From Raja brachyura (taxonomy: Eukaryota), in NCBI GenBank assembly GCA_963514005.1, contig OY740814.1, positions 12,276,001 through 12,340,000 of the forward strand: a stretch of 64,000 nucleotides of DNA, read 5' to 3'. Position numbers and translations under genes: made by a program. The notes below the pieces were generated by a model. That model was given only the letters and a program-made list of their open reading frames with translations. It was not told the origin of the DNA and searched no databases. Within the stretch, counting starts at the first letter, position 1. Each line of letters opens with the position of its first letter. Below are positions 28,301-41,100 of the stretch, piece by piece.

Positions 28301-31300
28301 CTATGAAAAGGGGAGGCAAATTGGTAGGAAATGGAGTCTTTTACTAGCTGTTTGTGTTTAAATAGTTGCTGTGCGTTAACAAGGTGTGAAAGCGTAATAA
28401 AGTTAAGAACACCTGTACAGACGTGTGCCATTTTACTATGAGACACAAACCTCTATGACGGGTTTCTGAAAGCTCAGTTCAAAAAGTATCGAGGTATGTG
28501 TTTTTCACAATTAGTTCTGGATTTTTAAAAATTATTTGAACGTAAAGTTATCGTTAATAAAAGCTAGCCAAAAGAGCAACATATTGATTATCCAGTCCTA
28601 ATAATCAATATGTTGCTCTTTTGGCTAGCTTTAAAAAAAAATCACCCTATTGAAGTGGCAACAAATAGCTTTTAAATAAAAATATTATTTTATTGAACTG
28701 AAATAATCCATGCATCAGCACTTTTATTAATTCCCATATCATTGTATTCTATCTAAAAACATTTTTGATTATTGTTGAACGTACTAGTATTTTGTGGAAT
28801 GTATAATTTTCATAGGATAATCTTGAAAATTTCACATTTAATAGTGATTGGGGGATAATGATTTGGCATAACTGTGCATGTGGTTCATGTTTTCCTCGTA
28901 CATCCCCATGGCAGAGACCTGATGGCCTGAAGTGGCTACTCTGTGCACACTTACAGAGTAGCTTTATTCTCCCGCTAATTTTCCAAGTATCCTATTCTCC
29001 TTACATTCAGCCATGATCACATTGAATGGTGGTGCAGACTTGAATGGCCAAATGGCCTCTTCCTGCACCTATTTTCTGTGTTTCTATGTTTACATTCCCA
29101 TCAGTTTAATCCCAGATTCCTCTTCTCGCCTACGGAAGAGGGATAATTTATAGCGGCCAATAAGTGAGTTCAGTATTCTGAAAAATACAAGGAATCATGG
29201 GATTTGTCAAAGGTCATTCGTGATATAGAAAAAGCGAACGGTGCTGGCTATATAAACTGTATACATTTTAATCTTCATATTTCATGCGTAAAAATATATT
29301 TAATCTGAGGAACGGGGGTTCCAGGTAATGGGAGAGCAGGGTGTAACAGCACGAGCGAGACAGAGGGCAGATTGGGAGACGGGGAGAGACTGGACTGGCG
29401 GAGAGGCATTCTCGGCAGCTGAGCTGCTACATGTATACAGACCTGCGTTTCATCCATAGTCAGGATTGATCCCGGGTCTCTGGCGCTGTTGAATTGCTAC
29501 TGGACTGTCCCCGTCCCCTCCCGAGTGTCCCATCCCTGTCCGGGGGTGGCCAGAGATGTCCGGGATGACCCTGGAATGACAGGGACACCGCTTGGAGTCA
29601 GGGTGGCCCCAGGCTTACAGCCAGCGCAGAGAAGTAGCGCTAACTCCAGCACAACTCTGCCTGTCCCACCGGGTTAACCGACAGCCCTGGACTGACGGGA
29701 CACCGGCCCGGAGCAATGGCGACCCGAGGCATCAATCCAGCGCGGAGAAGAAACGCTATAGCTCAACTCTGCTCCAACTCCTGACGAACCCGTTCCCCAA
29801 TGGGCCGGGGACCGTCAGCTTCTCCGCGTTAGAAGAAGAGGCTCTTCTTACCAAGTAAGAAGCTTTTGTCTTTCTTAATTGCTGAAAAGGCATGCATGTA
29901 TTCTGTTTATAGACAAGAGTGGCTCACTGTTAGAGCTAAAGAGAAACCATTGAAAAATCTTATCTCGGGGAGCACTAAATTTATAATGGAATGACAAGTC
30001 TTAAATACAATCTGGTATCGTAGGACCATGAGCTAAAAGGTTACGGCTAAAGAGGAACAGATAATGTTAAACATAATGTATTTGTGCCTGTGAGCCCAAA
30101 GATCTCGGGATTGCAATGTTTGTGGTGCAAATCTCTGATTGTAACCATTACCAATAATTTACCACATTAATTTAGGAGAGGTACACTTTATTCAAGATTG
30201 AAAGCTTTAATTAATTTAGCTGTGCTGTTGGTTATGAGGGTCCAGTATAAATTAAGTAGCTGTATCACTGAAATAGATTCACTCGAGGGGTGGGGGCGGG
30301 GGAACGAGAAATGGAAGGCACAGGGTTCAGAGTGAAATATGAACTCTTTTAGGCATTGAAGTGAAATCATCTGAATTTACCCTAGAATATTTTGAATTCA
30401 GTTATTCAAATCAATGATAATTTTCAAAGAATGAATTTATAAAATTATATTTATTTGTGTGTAAATTGAAGGAACATTTTTTAATGATTTAAAAAATCAT
30501 TTTATTGTCCGCAATGTTATTTTTCACATTTTTAGCGGATTAGATCTGTTTGTTGTGCCCTTTGATTTAGCATAAAAAAGTGTGTAAGATATAGTGCCGT
30601 CAAGTTGTCAACCTTACTCGAGTAAAACCACCTTTCTCTATGCTTCCTGTTATTCATTTCCTGGTCCAGAGACTTGAATACACAATCTGTGTCGACTTTA
30701 CACTGCTGGATGGGGCATCTATTGGATCTAGACCTGAGGCGGTTAGATGGTTGCATGGAGGAGGGGAATTCCCTCCATCAGCCTGTTCAATATCTATATC
30801 TTGGGCGGCACAGTGGTGCACCGGTAGAACTGCTAATTCACAGGGCCAGTGACCTGGATTCAATCCTCACCTTGGGTGCTTTCTGTGTGGAGTTTGCATG
30901 TTTACCCTGTGACTGCGTAGGTTCCCAATCAGGTGCTCCTGTTTCGTCTCATGTACCAAAATCATGCAGGTTTTGTTCACCAATTGCCGTTTGCACAGTT
31001 GTTCCTAATATGTAGGGAGCAGTTGAGAAAGTGCAATAACATAGAATTAGTGTGAACTAGACCAAGTGGGACCCATTTGGCCCCGTTCCCCCAACGCAAT
31101 ATTCCAGCAAACTGCGCAGCGCGGCTGACAGGTTCCCGCTGCGACGCGAGTCACGCAGCCGGCAAGTGGGAGCGCCACTGCAACGTTTTTAAAGTTCAAA
31201 TTGGCAATAACCTGTAAAATATAAAATGAACGTGATCGCATCTGACTCTCCCTCTTCAGTCCCCTATTATCCTCCCTCCACCCTCCACCAATCCTCCTCT

Positions 31301-32092
31301 GCTTCCCCCCTCACCCGGTCCCTCCCCTCCTCCCTCTTCCCCTTCCCCATCTCCATTACCTCGCCATCCCTCTTCCTACACCTATCCTCCTCCATTCCCT
31401 CTCATCCCCCAGCACTCCCTCCCCCTCCTCTTCACCCCCCTTCTATCCCCTCTCCTCCTCCCCTTCCCCACTGCCTCCCTCCCCTTTCACCTATTCTCAG
31501 TCACCCCCTTCCCTCCCTACCCCACTCCTCTCCCTACCCCCTCCTCTCCCTGTATCCCCCTGATTCTCCTCACCTCCCCCCGATCCCACCCCACACAATG
31601 AAAACCGCACTTTTTTAAAATCCCAACCCCAAAATTAAAATTACGACGTTTGTTTTAAAACTGGAGTTTTTCTTTTGTGATTTTTTAATGTAAATGGAAC
31701 CCTCCCCCTTATCCCACCCCATGAAAATCGCTTTTTTTCCCCCTCAAATGAACCCCCTCCCACCCCCCACAATGAAACTCAAGATGTTTTTTTTTAAAAG
31801 GGGCACTGGTGATGGGCAGGGCAAGTTTTTTTAAAAAGTGGTTTTAAGTTTTAAATGTCCGTAACGTAAAATATACCCTAAATCTGAACGAAACTTGTTT
31901 AATTGAGATCACAGGACAATGCTGATTAAGGTGGTGAAAGAATTGTAGCGCTATCGTGTACCGTTTTTGCACAAATGTAGTTACGTACAAATATTGAAAC
32001 AAGATGTGAGTTTTAGTAATATACTAGACCAAGTGGGACCCGTTAGGTCCCATCCCCTCAATGCGGCGCGCGCGCACACACACCGCACACAC

Positions 32093-32164
<72 letters not shown>

Positions 32165-35100
32165 TGATATTAATATTATTAATTTGCTCCGTTTCCCCCA
32201 TCCCCTGCACTATCCACTCACGCATAGCCCCCCGGTGCGTTGAGGGAGGGGGGTAGAGATTGACGGGTTGGGGGGGTTCCTAGCATCACAGGGGAGGAGG
32301 TGCAGAGAGGGAGGGGAGGCGATGAGAGAGGGAGGGGGGTGTTCGGCCCCTTTTTGAGGCAGGGGGGTGAGTGAATAACCCGGGGGGCAACCCCAGCTAA
32401 ACTCGGCGTCATCTACCCGGTCGTAGAGCAGCACCAGGCCCTGGTTCTCGTACTCATTCCGGCCCTGGCTGTAGACTGCAGCCTTCACAGAAATATAGAC
32501 ACAAGATGAGAGTTTTAGTAATATAATATAAATAATACAAATATATAATAACATATATAAGATTAGATATAGATAGGTGGATGATTAACGGACAGCATGA
32601 ACTTTGTGGGCTGAAGGACCAGGTTCCTTGTGGTATCTATACCAATGCTGGTTTACTTTTCAGAGGAAAAACTAACTCTTCCTTTACTGTTCACGGGACT
32701 TTGTCGTGCACAGATTAGCTGCTATAATTCCTAAATTACAACAGGGATAATGCTCAAAAGTTCTATGTCATTGGCTTTAAGGTGCTTGCAATTAAACAAT
32801 AGTTATGGCAGCCGTCGTCTGAGTTTGCATGGTCAAACAATAGTAGCTGTCCTTTGAAAATAATGTAAGATCTGGTATCATTGTGTCTTGTGGAGGTTTG
32901 TAGATAAATGCATCATCAAAGCCCTTTTCTTCAAAAGTGATGCCACGTGTTTGTGACAAATCCAAAGGTAACATTTGGTTAATGAAGGAACATCTCCAAA
33001 CTAATATTGTTCGAGGTTTTATCGCAGTGCAGTGAGATCAAAAAAGGCCAAAATTTATCTGATTAATTATCAGTCAAAATGCACAATTTTGTTTGAATAA
33101 ATGAAAGATAAGACCTGCAGATGAGCAAGTAATGATATAAGTAAATATTAGAATGATTTGTAAACATGGTTAATGGCTTGCCATATTTATCTTTTGTAAA
33201 TGATTAGTTCAATGCACTTTTCTTTGAAGTGACTTAAATGCCAGTTGGCTAATGTATGTTAATGCCCTTCAAGTACTCGTGTTATTCTAAACCTCCAGTG
33301 ATCGCCCGCATTTTTGCATGTCACTTTATGAACGAAAGTGAATAGTTAACGTCAGTAAATAGATGTGGACATAATCAGAAAATTGTAGAGATAGTTTTGG
33401 TGAAGAAACTAATCCTCTTTGCATCTTTAAAGTACACGTGTGCAAATTCCTGTAAGATTCTCGCGAAAACTGTTTGTAATGCACCCATTCTAGATAATCA
33501 GAAGAAAGAAATGGTTTCTGCAATTATACAATCGTCTGTAATGATTTGCACTTTGTAGATCCCACTTCTCCGTTCTGTTCTTGTACTCTTTTTGAAAGAC
33601 CAGACATAAGAAACAAAACACTGCTGCTTTGGACTATTTGGAGTAGGATTTCACCCACTCCTATCAGTGGTGGTGGTCACATCTGCCCTTTGTCGTCCCT
33701 TCCAGAATTTTTTTCCATTGGAGTCGAATTTTGGAAGTAAGGTGCGACTTGCATTTGCTAATATATCATACATTTAGCGTGATGCAATAGTGGCTCTATT
33801 AGCAATTCAGGGAGCTTTTTATAAACCTGGAACCTGTTGATACATATATTCAAAGCTATTGTCAATGCTAAGACACAAAATGCTAGAGTTAAGGGCCTGT
33901 CCCACTTTCACGACCTAATTCACAACCTCTGCAGAGTTTGACCGTGACTCATACTCGCAGCATGGTCGTCACGAGGTCATAGCAGGCCGTGATGCTAGTC
34001 GTAGGTACTCGTGGCATCAAGTAGGTCGGGGCGTTTTTACTAGCCTGATGAAAAATGTCCATGAGTAAAAAAAGGTTGTGAATTAGGTCGTGAAAGTGGG
34101 ACAGGCCCTTAACTCAGCAGAACAAGCAGCAACTCTGGTTAGAAGGATTAGTTGATGTTTCAGGTCGAGGCAGCAACTCTGGATAGAAGGAATGGGTGAC
34201 ATTTTGAGCCTCAACCCGAAACGTCACCCATTCCTTCTATCCTGAGATGCTGACTGTCCCACTGAGTTACTCCAGCATTTTGTGTCTATCTTCGATGTAA
34301 ATACACATCTGCAGTTCCTTCCGACCCATATTGTCAAAGCTTCATAAATTAGTAATTTATGCTGAGAAATATTATATAGGACTACTTCAAAGATATTGTG
34401 AACAACTTTAAAATTGTTTTTGATCATTGCTCATGATTGAGAGGTCGTGTAAATGTGAAGCTTGAACTACTATAATTTATCTTCAGTTAATGAAATTGAA
34501 AGGCCAGTTATTGATCATTGAAAGAAGTTCCCCGTTTCAAATTGTCCGTTAAGGCACTGCTAAGTTCAAGGAGCAAAACTTGAGTGGGTGCTTTAGCTGG
34601 AGCAGCTTTAGTGGGAAAAGATTTTTACATTCTACCCTGTTTATCACTCTCATTTTGTATATCTTTATCAGGTCATCCCTCAGCCTCCTCCATTCCAGGA
34701 TAAACAAAACCCATTCTATCCAATTTCTCTCTTGCGTAATAACATCCTTCCAATGCAAAACTTCTCTTCAATTAATTTGTTTAAAAATTTTAATGCATTT
34801 GAGTTTAGGTTAAAGATACAGCACAGAAACAGGCCCTTTGGCCCATCGAGTCTGAGCCAAGTCATCAGTCATCCCTGTGCCCTAGCACTATCCTAAACTA
34901 GGTACAATTTTACCATTTTTGCTGAATCCAAATTTCCTACAAACCCGTGTATCTTTGGAGTGTGGGTGGTAGCCGGAGCACACGGGGAACCCCACACGGT
35001 CACGGGAAGAGCGTGCAAACTCCGTGTCGACAGCACTCGTAGTCAGAATCAAACCTAAGTCTCTATTGTTGTCAGGCGGCAACTCTACCACTGAGCCTGA

Positions 35101-38100
35101 GGTGTTTGCCCAGAAGGTACTTTAAAGCTACTTCATTATAATGAAATTAGTAATAATTTGTAAAACATTAAAATGGCAAAATTATGATCCCTGCAAAATA
35201 TTGCAAGTATTGTGTGTCAGGAAGCAATCTATTTAAAAGTAGAGAAGGTTTATTAAAAAGAGTCCACCGGGGACTATACTGGAAGTTGGACAATTTTATA
35301 CAGGACTTTTTTTACATTTATCGAGCCAATTAACCTACAAACCTGTATGTCTTTGGAATGTGGGAGGAATCCAAAGATCTCTGATAATACCCACGGGGAG
35401 AACGTACACAGTCCATACAGACAGCGTCCGTAGTCGGGATCGAACCCGTGTCTTCGGTGCTGCATTTTGCTGTAAGGCAGCAACTCTACCGCTGCGCCAC
35501 CGTGACTGTACAGTATCAATGGCACTGTTACACTGTCAGCTTTGGACAAATCGGAACGGGTAACCTGCCCCTCTGCTATTGAAAGAGGTGTGTTCATGCA
35601 GTTGTATTGATGATCTGTGAATCTTCAGAACTCCTACTTATCACTATCAATTAAAAGCATACCCTGAATCATTCTTGTGCCTCACCGTCCAACATAAGTT
35701 TTTGTTGTACAGTTTGAAACACTTTTTTGCCTCCCCTCAGTTCATATTTTGCCCTATGAAAAACTTGGTATATTGCCTGGTGTATTGTCTGGTGTATCGC
35801 CTGGTATCCTGGCCAATGTTTTACCTTTTTATCAAACAACAAATTAGTTATATATTTGTGGTTTGTCAGACTTGAAAATTCACAAAGTTGCTTCAGCAAT
35901 TGCCTCCATAACATGAGTGACGACACTGTAGCAGTATTTTATTACTTGTGGGTAATGTGGTAGCCAATTTATTTTAACCATAGCATGTAACAATAAAATG
36001 TGGGCATGAATGTAACTTTTTTAATTGGTACTAAATGTTTCCATTCTTTCAGTGTTCCATTTGAGTTGCGTAGCTCGTGGCACAGATGCCTCCAAACCGT
36101 AGTTCTCATTTTCATAGTAGCTCCTTGTCTTGGACTACTCCATGAATACTGATTCCTTTTTTGGATTGCCTTTGTTTATTTATTGTGGTGAGAGATGAAA
36201 TTCCTTATTTGCTGTTTGAAGTTCACATTCTGTAATTAGTGTTTGCTGTAGAAATCTTGCATATACTTGTCGAGGCCTGATAACCTAGGTCAAAAATTTG
36301 TGACATAAATGTTGTCATAAGATATTCCATTGATAATTTGAGAATTCATTTTTTAATTGTGAAATTGGGCTGCATCTATCCACCTTGCTGGAAGACAAGG
36401 GGGAAAAAAAGTTTAAAATGTTCTAATGATGTTTAACTATGGAGATGTGGTAAACAATTAGTATAATGCGGATAAACTTAACTGGGTAGAATAAGTAAAA
36501 ACAACGGCAGATGTAGAGAAGTGTGATATGTTGCATTTTTGGAGAGGTATAATTATTCTAAAGAGTTTTCGGGGTCCAGAGAGCCTGGGGAATTCATGGT
36601 GCTTGGCTCATTCAGGGAGGAGGGGATGGGGAAGAAGTGATTAGAGCGGGGTGGGGAACCTGTGGCCTTCTAGGCCAATAAGTACGGCCTTTTGAATGAA
36701 TCCAAATTTTGTAGAACAAATCCTTTTATTTTTGTTAATGTTTTTGTTTGGCTTATTACTTTTATTTTAATCTTAAAATGAACGTATTTAAGATACCAAA
36801 GTGTAAACGAAGATTCAACATAATCCTCCCCGACTGACGGCCACAATTAAAACATTAGTAAGTCATGAGGGCTATTTTAACAAAATAATGTACATTTTGA
36901 AGTATTTCTAATTTGAAGTTTTTTGGATGCGGCCTTATTAGATTACAGCTAACTTAATGCGGCAATCCAACATGAAAAGGTTCCCCACCCCTGGTTTAGA
37001 GGGTAGAAACACAGAGCTGCAGTAGCTGGTTTACAAAAATATCACTGTGCTGGAGTAAGTCAGCAGGCCAGGCGACATCTCTGGAGAAGGTGGATAGGTA
37101 ATGTTTTGGGTCGGGTCCCTTCTTCAGACTGATACGGCACAGCCAAAACTTCGTAAAACTTGTGGTATGTAAAGGGTGTTCAGCAAACCTCATGGGATCA
37201 GAGGCTTCATTAGTAGATGTATTGAGCATAAAGGCAGGGAAACTACCTTCAATATTTATGAAGCTTTGGTTGTGCCATAACTATAACATTGTATCCAGTG
37301 TTGGCCGCCACACATTAGGATGTCACGTGAGGATCCTTAACGGTCAAGGGGAGATTTTCTCGAATGATTTTATGGATGAAGGACTTTAACTATGATTAGT
37401 CTATTTGCCTTGGAGTCATGGAGATTTAGGGGAAACTCAAATGTAATAGGCAAGATTATGACTGGTGTAGGAAGATCGAGAAAGGGAAGCTGTTTTATTT
37501 AGCTGATAATATAAGGATGAGGGGGCACAGATTTAAGTCAGAAAATACATGAGAGATGGGGGTGGGGTGTAGAATGTGGGGAAGAAACTTTACGTAGTGA
37601 GAGATGATGGCTTGGACTTACTGCCCATAAAGTTGCTAGAAATGGAGATGATCAATAATTGGCAAGCAATTGTGAAATAATTCTGAATGTTTATTGTTTA
37701 TGGGGATAGAACAAGGCATTGCTGTCCAGGGAGAAACATGGATATTAAAATGGGGAGGGTTGAAGGGAGTTTAAAGGAGATTTTTGAGGCAAGTTTTTTT
37801 TTAATGTAGTCGGAGGTGCCTGCAACACACTGCCAGGGGAACTGGTGGAAGCTGACACAAGAGCAAAGTTTAAAAGACATTTAGATAGGCACACAGTGGC
37901 TTGAAATGGAGGGATCTAGACCATGTGATAAACCATTTAGCTTTGCTAGAGTTAGTTCTAATTGGCATTGTGGTCAACATCGACATCGTGGACTGAAGGG
38001 CCTGTTCCTATGCTGTACTCTTCTCTATTTTATGTTAAGGAGTACATAAAATTAAATCTTTTTATTTGGAAATGAGCTTATGAAAAATATTTCACACTCC

Positions 38101-41100
38101 AGTGCTCTTCCAAATTGCTCTCTTAAATCCAAGTTCTTGCAAAGTTTGTGTTTGGTTTATTGTCATGTGCATCGAGCTAAAGTTGAGTGCTATAGTCAGC
38201 AGAAAGGGAACACGTGATTACAATCGAGCCATCTACAGTGTAGAGTTAGATGATAAAGAAAATAACATGAATAGCCTCTTGTGCGTGATAAAGTCCGATC
38301 AAAGATAGTCTGAGGGTCTTCAGTGAGATGGTAGCTCAGTTCTGCTCTGTAGTTATTGGTACGATGGTACAATTGCCTGATGACAGGTGGGAAGAAACTG
38401 TCCCTGAATCTGGTGAAACAATATGCAGAGCAAAACAATGAGCCAGGTAGGAGTTAAATCTCTACAGAAATTAGGCAATGCAAGCCTTGGACACTTTACC
38501 ACTAGGCCTCCAGGAAAGTTAGTCTTCTCTGTCCATTGGAATATAGACAATGAAGACTCAGTTTTAACTTGTTAAGCAAGAAAAATGAAAGGCCGTATCT
38601 GAAGAAGGGTTGCGACCCTAAACGTCACCTATTCATGTTCTCCTGGGATGCTGCCTGACCCACAGTCACTCCAGCACTTTGTGTCCTTTTTTTTCAGGCA
38701 AGGTATATGATGGGATGACAGCAATGACCCCTAACTCATTTGAACAGATCCTTTGGCCGCTACGAATTCAGAGCGAAATGAAAGAAACACTATTTTGCTC
38801 TTGCACGAGTTGACCGAATACCATTGTGTAGAGTGATAATTTTTATTTTGAATCATGCCATTTAAAGTTAAATGCAATATACCAAAAGCAATTTTTTTTG
38901 AGAATGCAGGTTTCTGAAGTTTCTCAAACTTTAATAATGATTCTTGTATAAATTATAATGAATGAAAAGATAGGGATAGATACATGCTCGGCGGATTCCG
39001 AAAAGCAAAATAATATTTCTTACTTGTGCTAAATCATTAATGCTCAACAAATAAATAAGTCACAGCTGCATCGGAGCAGAATTGTTGAGTCTGAATACTT
39101 GCTTCAATAGTCTTGTCCTGTGCATTGGTCAAAGTTGTTTTAATTTAACCAGTTCGATAAATGTAAGTTTTCTTTCTATTACAAGGTCACAATGGTAGTT
39201 AACCCATGAAAAACTAATAGACCATGTTTATTCTGGAAGAATATGTATTTTTAGGCCTGAAGGCATGTTTTGGACAAATCAGAAATCTCCCTTTTATTTA
39301 CAGTGGTTTATGTTACATACTGAAGTATTAGCTGGCCCTCAATTACTATACACTAGGTACATTTCCTATATCCTTGCAAATTATTCTGTCACTTCTTGAC
39401 CGCCCTTAATGATTTTTGGTAATGCTGTCTTGATTCAGTTTTATCCTCCACTAAAGAACACTGCTCTGTAGACAGGGAACCATTTATTTTGGGTGATGGG
39501 GGTGGGGTGGGGAGTGTTTGACCTGAAGGCCTTCAAAAGGGCAGAACAAAGGCTTGAGATAGGCAGGATTACACAAATAAATCATAAACATCAGGTGACC
39601 ATGAAGAAGTAGAAGGATTTACAATAGGAGCAGCAATTAAATCTCTCCAACCTGGTTTACACTACGACTGCAAATTTCAGTTTGTTGATCCAGGATAAAT
39701 GGTTTGAATTTAGAAGGGGGTTTGTATTGTGAAGCTACCTCTGAATTCCGCTTCCAGCCCTGAGATTCGCAGCATCAGAGAGTTTACATATCAGGCACCA
39801 TGTATGCAAAAACAATATGATTCAAACTGATTATTGAATGCTGAGTGTAGGCAGCAGCTAATGTGAATTGAATGTTAGTTTTACCCTCCTGGATCTATTT
39901 GACCATAACCAGTTATGGGTATCAATTTATTAAAGTTAGCCATGCAATATTAACTTTACTGCAAGATGTGGAAATGTTTCAGTATGTTTTAAATAGTCCA
40001 AGGATTTTGTTGTACTTGCATTCTGATAGTCAGCACCTAAATGTATATACAATGGTTTCGCAAACGCAACAATATCTGTAGTCTGGTTGTTGTGAGTCAG
40101 AAAACCTACCTTTTAGGAGGTTTCTGTAACATCATACAGCTTGATTTTGGCTTTGTTGTGTCACCACTCCCTTTACAGTCCCCCCAGATCTCAGTCTCCC
40201 AATTGCTTCAAAAGCAGGCTTTAGTCAAGGCAGATTCTAAGCGTGTCAAAGGGCATGGCCCAGATGTCACCATCTAGCATGGTTGGATTCTTTCCTGCAT
40301 AATTGCAGCAGCTTTATTGTATTCTGAGAATGAGCTTGGGGCACTTATTCACCCCAGCAGGCTAGCCACTAGACTGTTGCAGGACAATATATGGTGAGCT
40401 TGCGAGGAACTGGACAGCACAGAAGGCATTAACTTTTTGCTTTCAGTCAGAACTTTATCCTGGATCACAGAAATTCATGTGCCTAACTAGGATAAGCCCC
40501 ATCTTGTATTAAGTAGTCAAAGTTAAAAGACACTGGCTGTAAATTTTGTGTAGGCACTGTTTTTGTCTTGTCTAGCCAGACCTTATCTGTTGCTTGGTCC
40601 CAGAGGGGACCTTTTTAGAATTGAGAGGTCTGGTTTTTCAGTAGGTTTGCCTTTGTCTTTATCACCACTAAATGGAGGTTAGTACGAAAGGAATGACCCT
40701 TCAGGAAAAAAAAACATGTTCTCCATGGTTTTGACCTCTGATTCATATTCTCTCTCTCTCCCCCCTCCCCCCCCATGCCCTCGCTGGTGACCTGCGAGCT
40801 CGTTTCTTTTGAAGAACTTTCGATATTTGCAAATATTTTTAACAGTGAAGGGAATTGCCTTTCTTTTGAAGCGAAGCTATTTGCAGCTTGTCAATGAAAA
40901 TAAATGGTTAGCAAACATTTGCTGGTAATGATGCATTTGGCAAGAGGCCCACAATGCTTTACTGACATGTTGGTGCAACTTTTAAATGACCAATTACACT
41001 TAGTTGTCCCCCAGATGTTCCTGAGCCAGTGGTAAAAATGTAATGTTCGCTACAGTTTCGGCATTTATATCGGCACTCGGACCTCCTATTCATGCCACTG

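Larger units (their letters stand above)
30803..32640 (+). mobile_element. V-SINE-like SINE split by a Helitron insertion
   Basis: Head and core at 30803-31056; the tail resumes at 32574 (...GTGGGCTGAAGGACC...). Confidence 0.72.

Noticed and set aside
31226-31618. 130-aa Pro/Ser-rich ORF
   Set aside because: Translation of the C-rich low-complexity Helitron interior.
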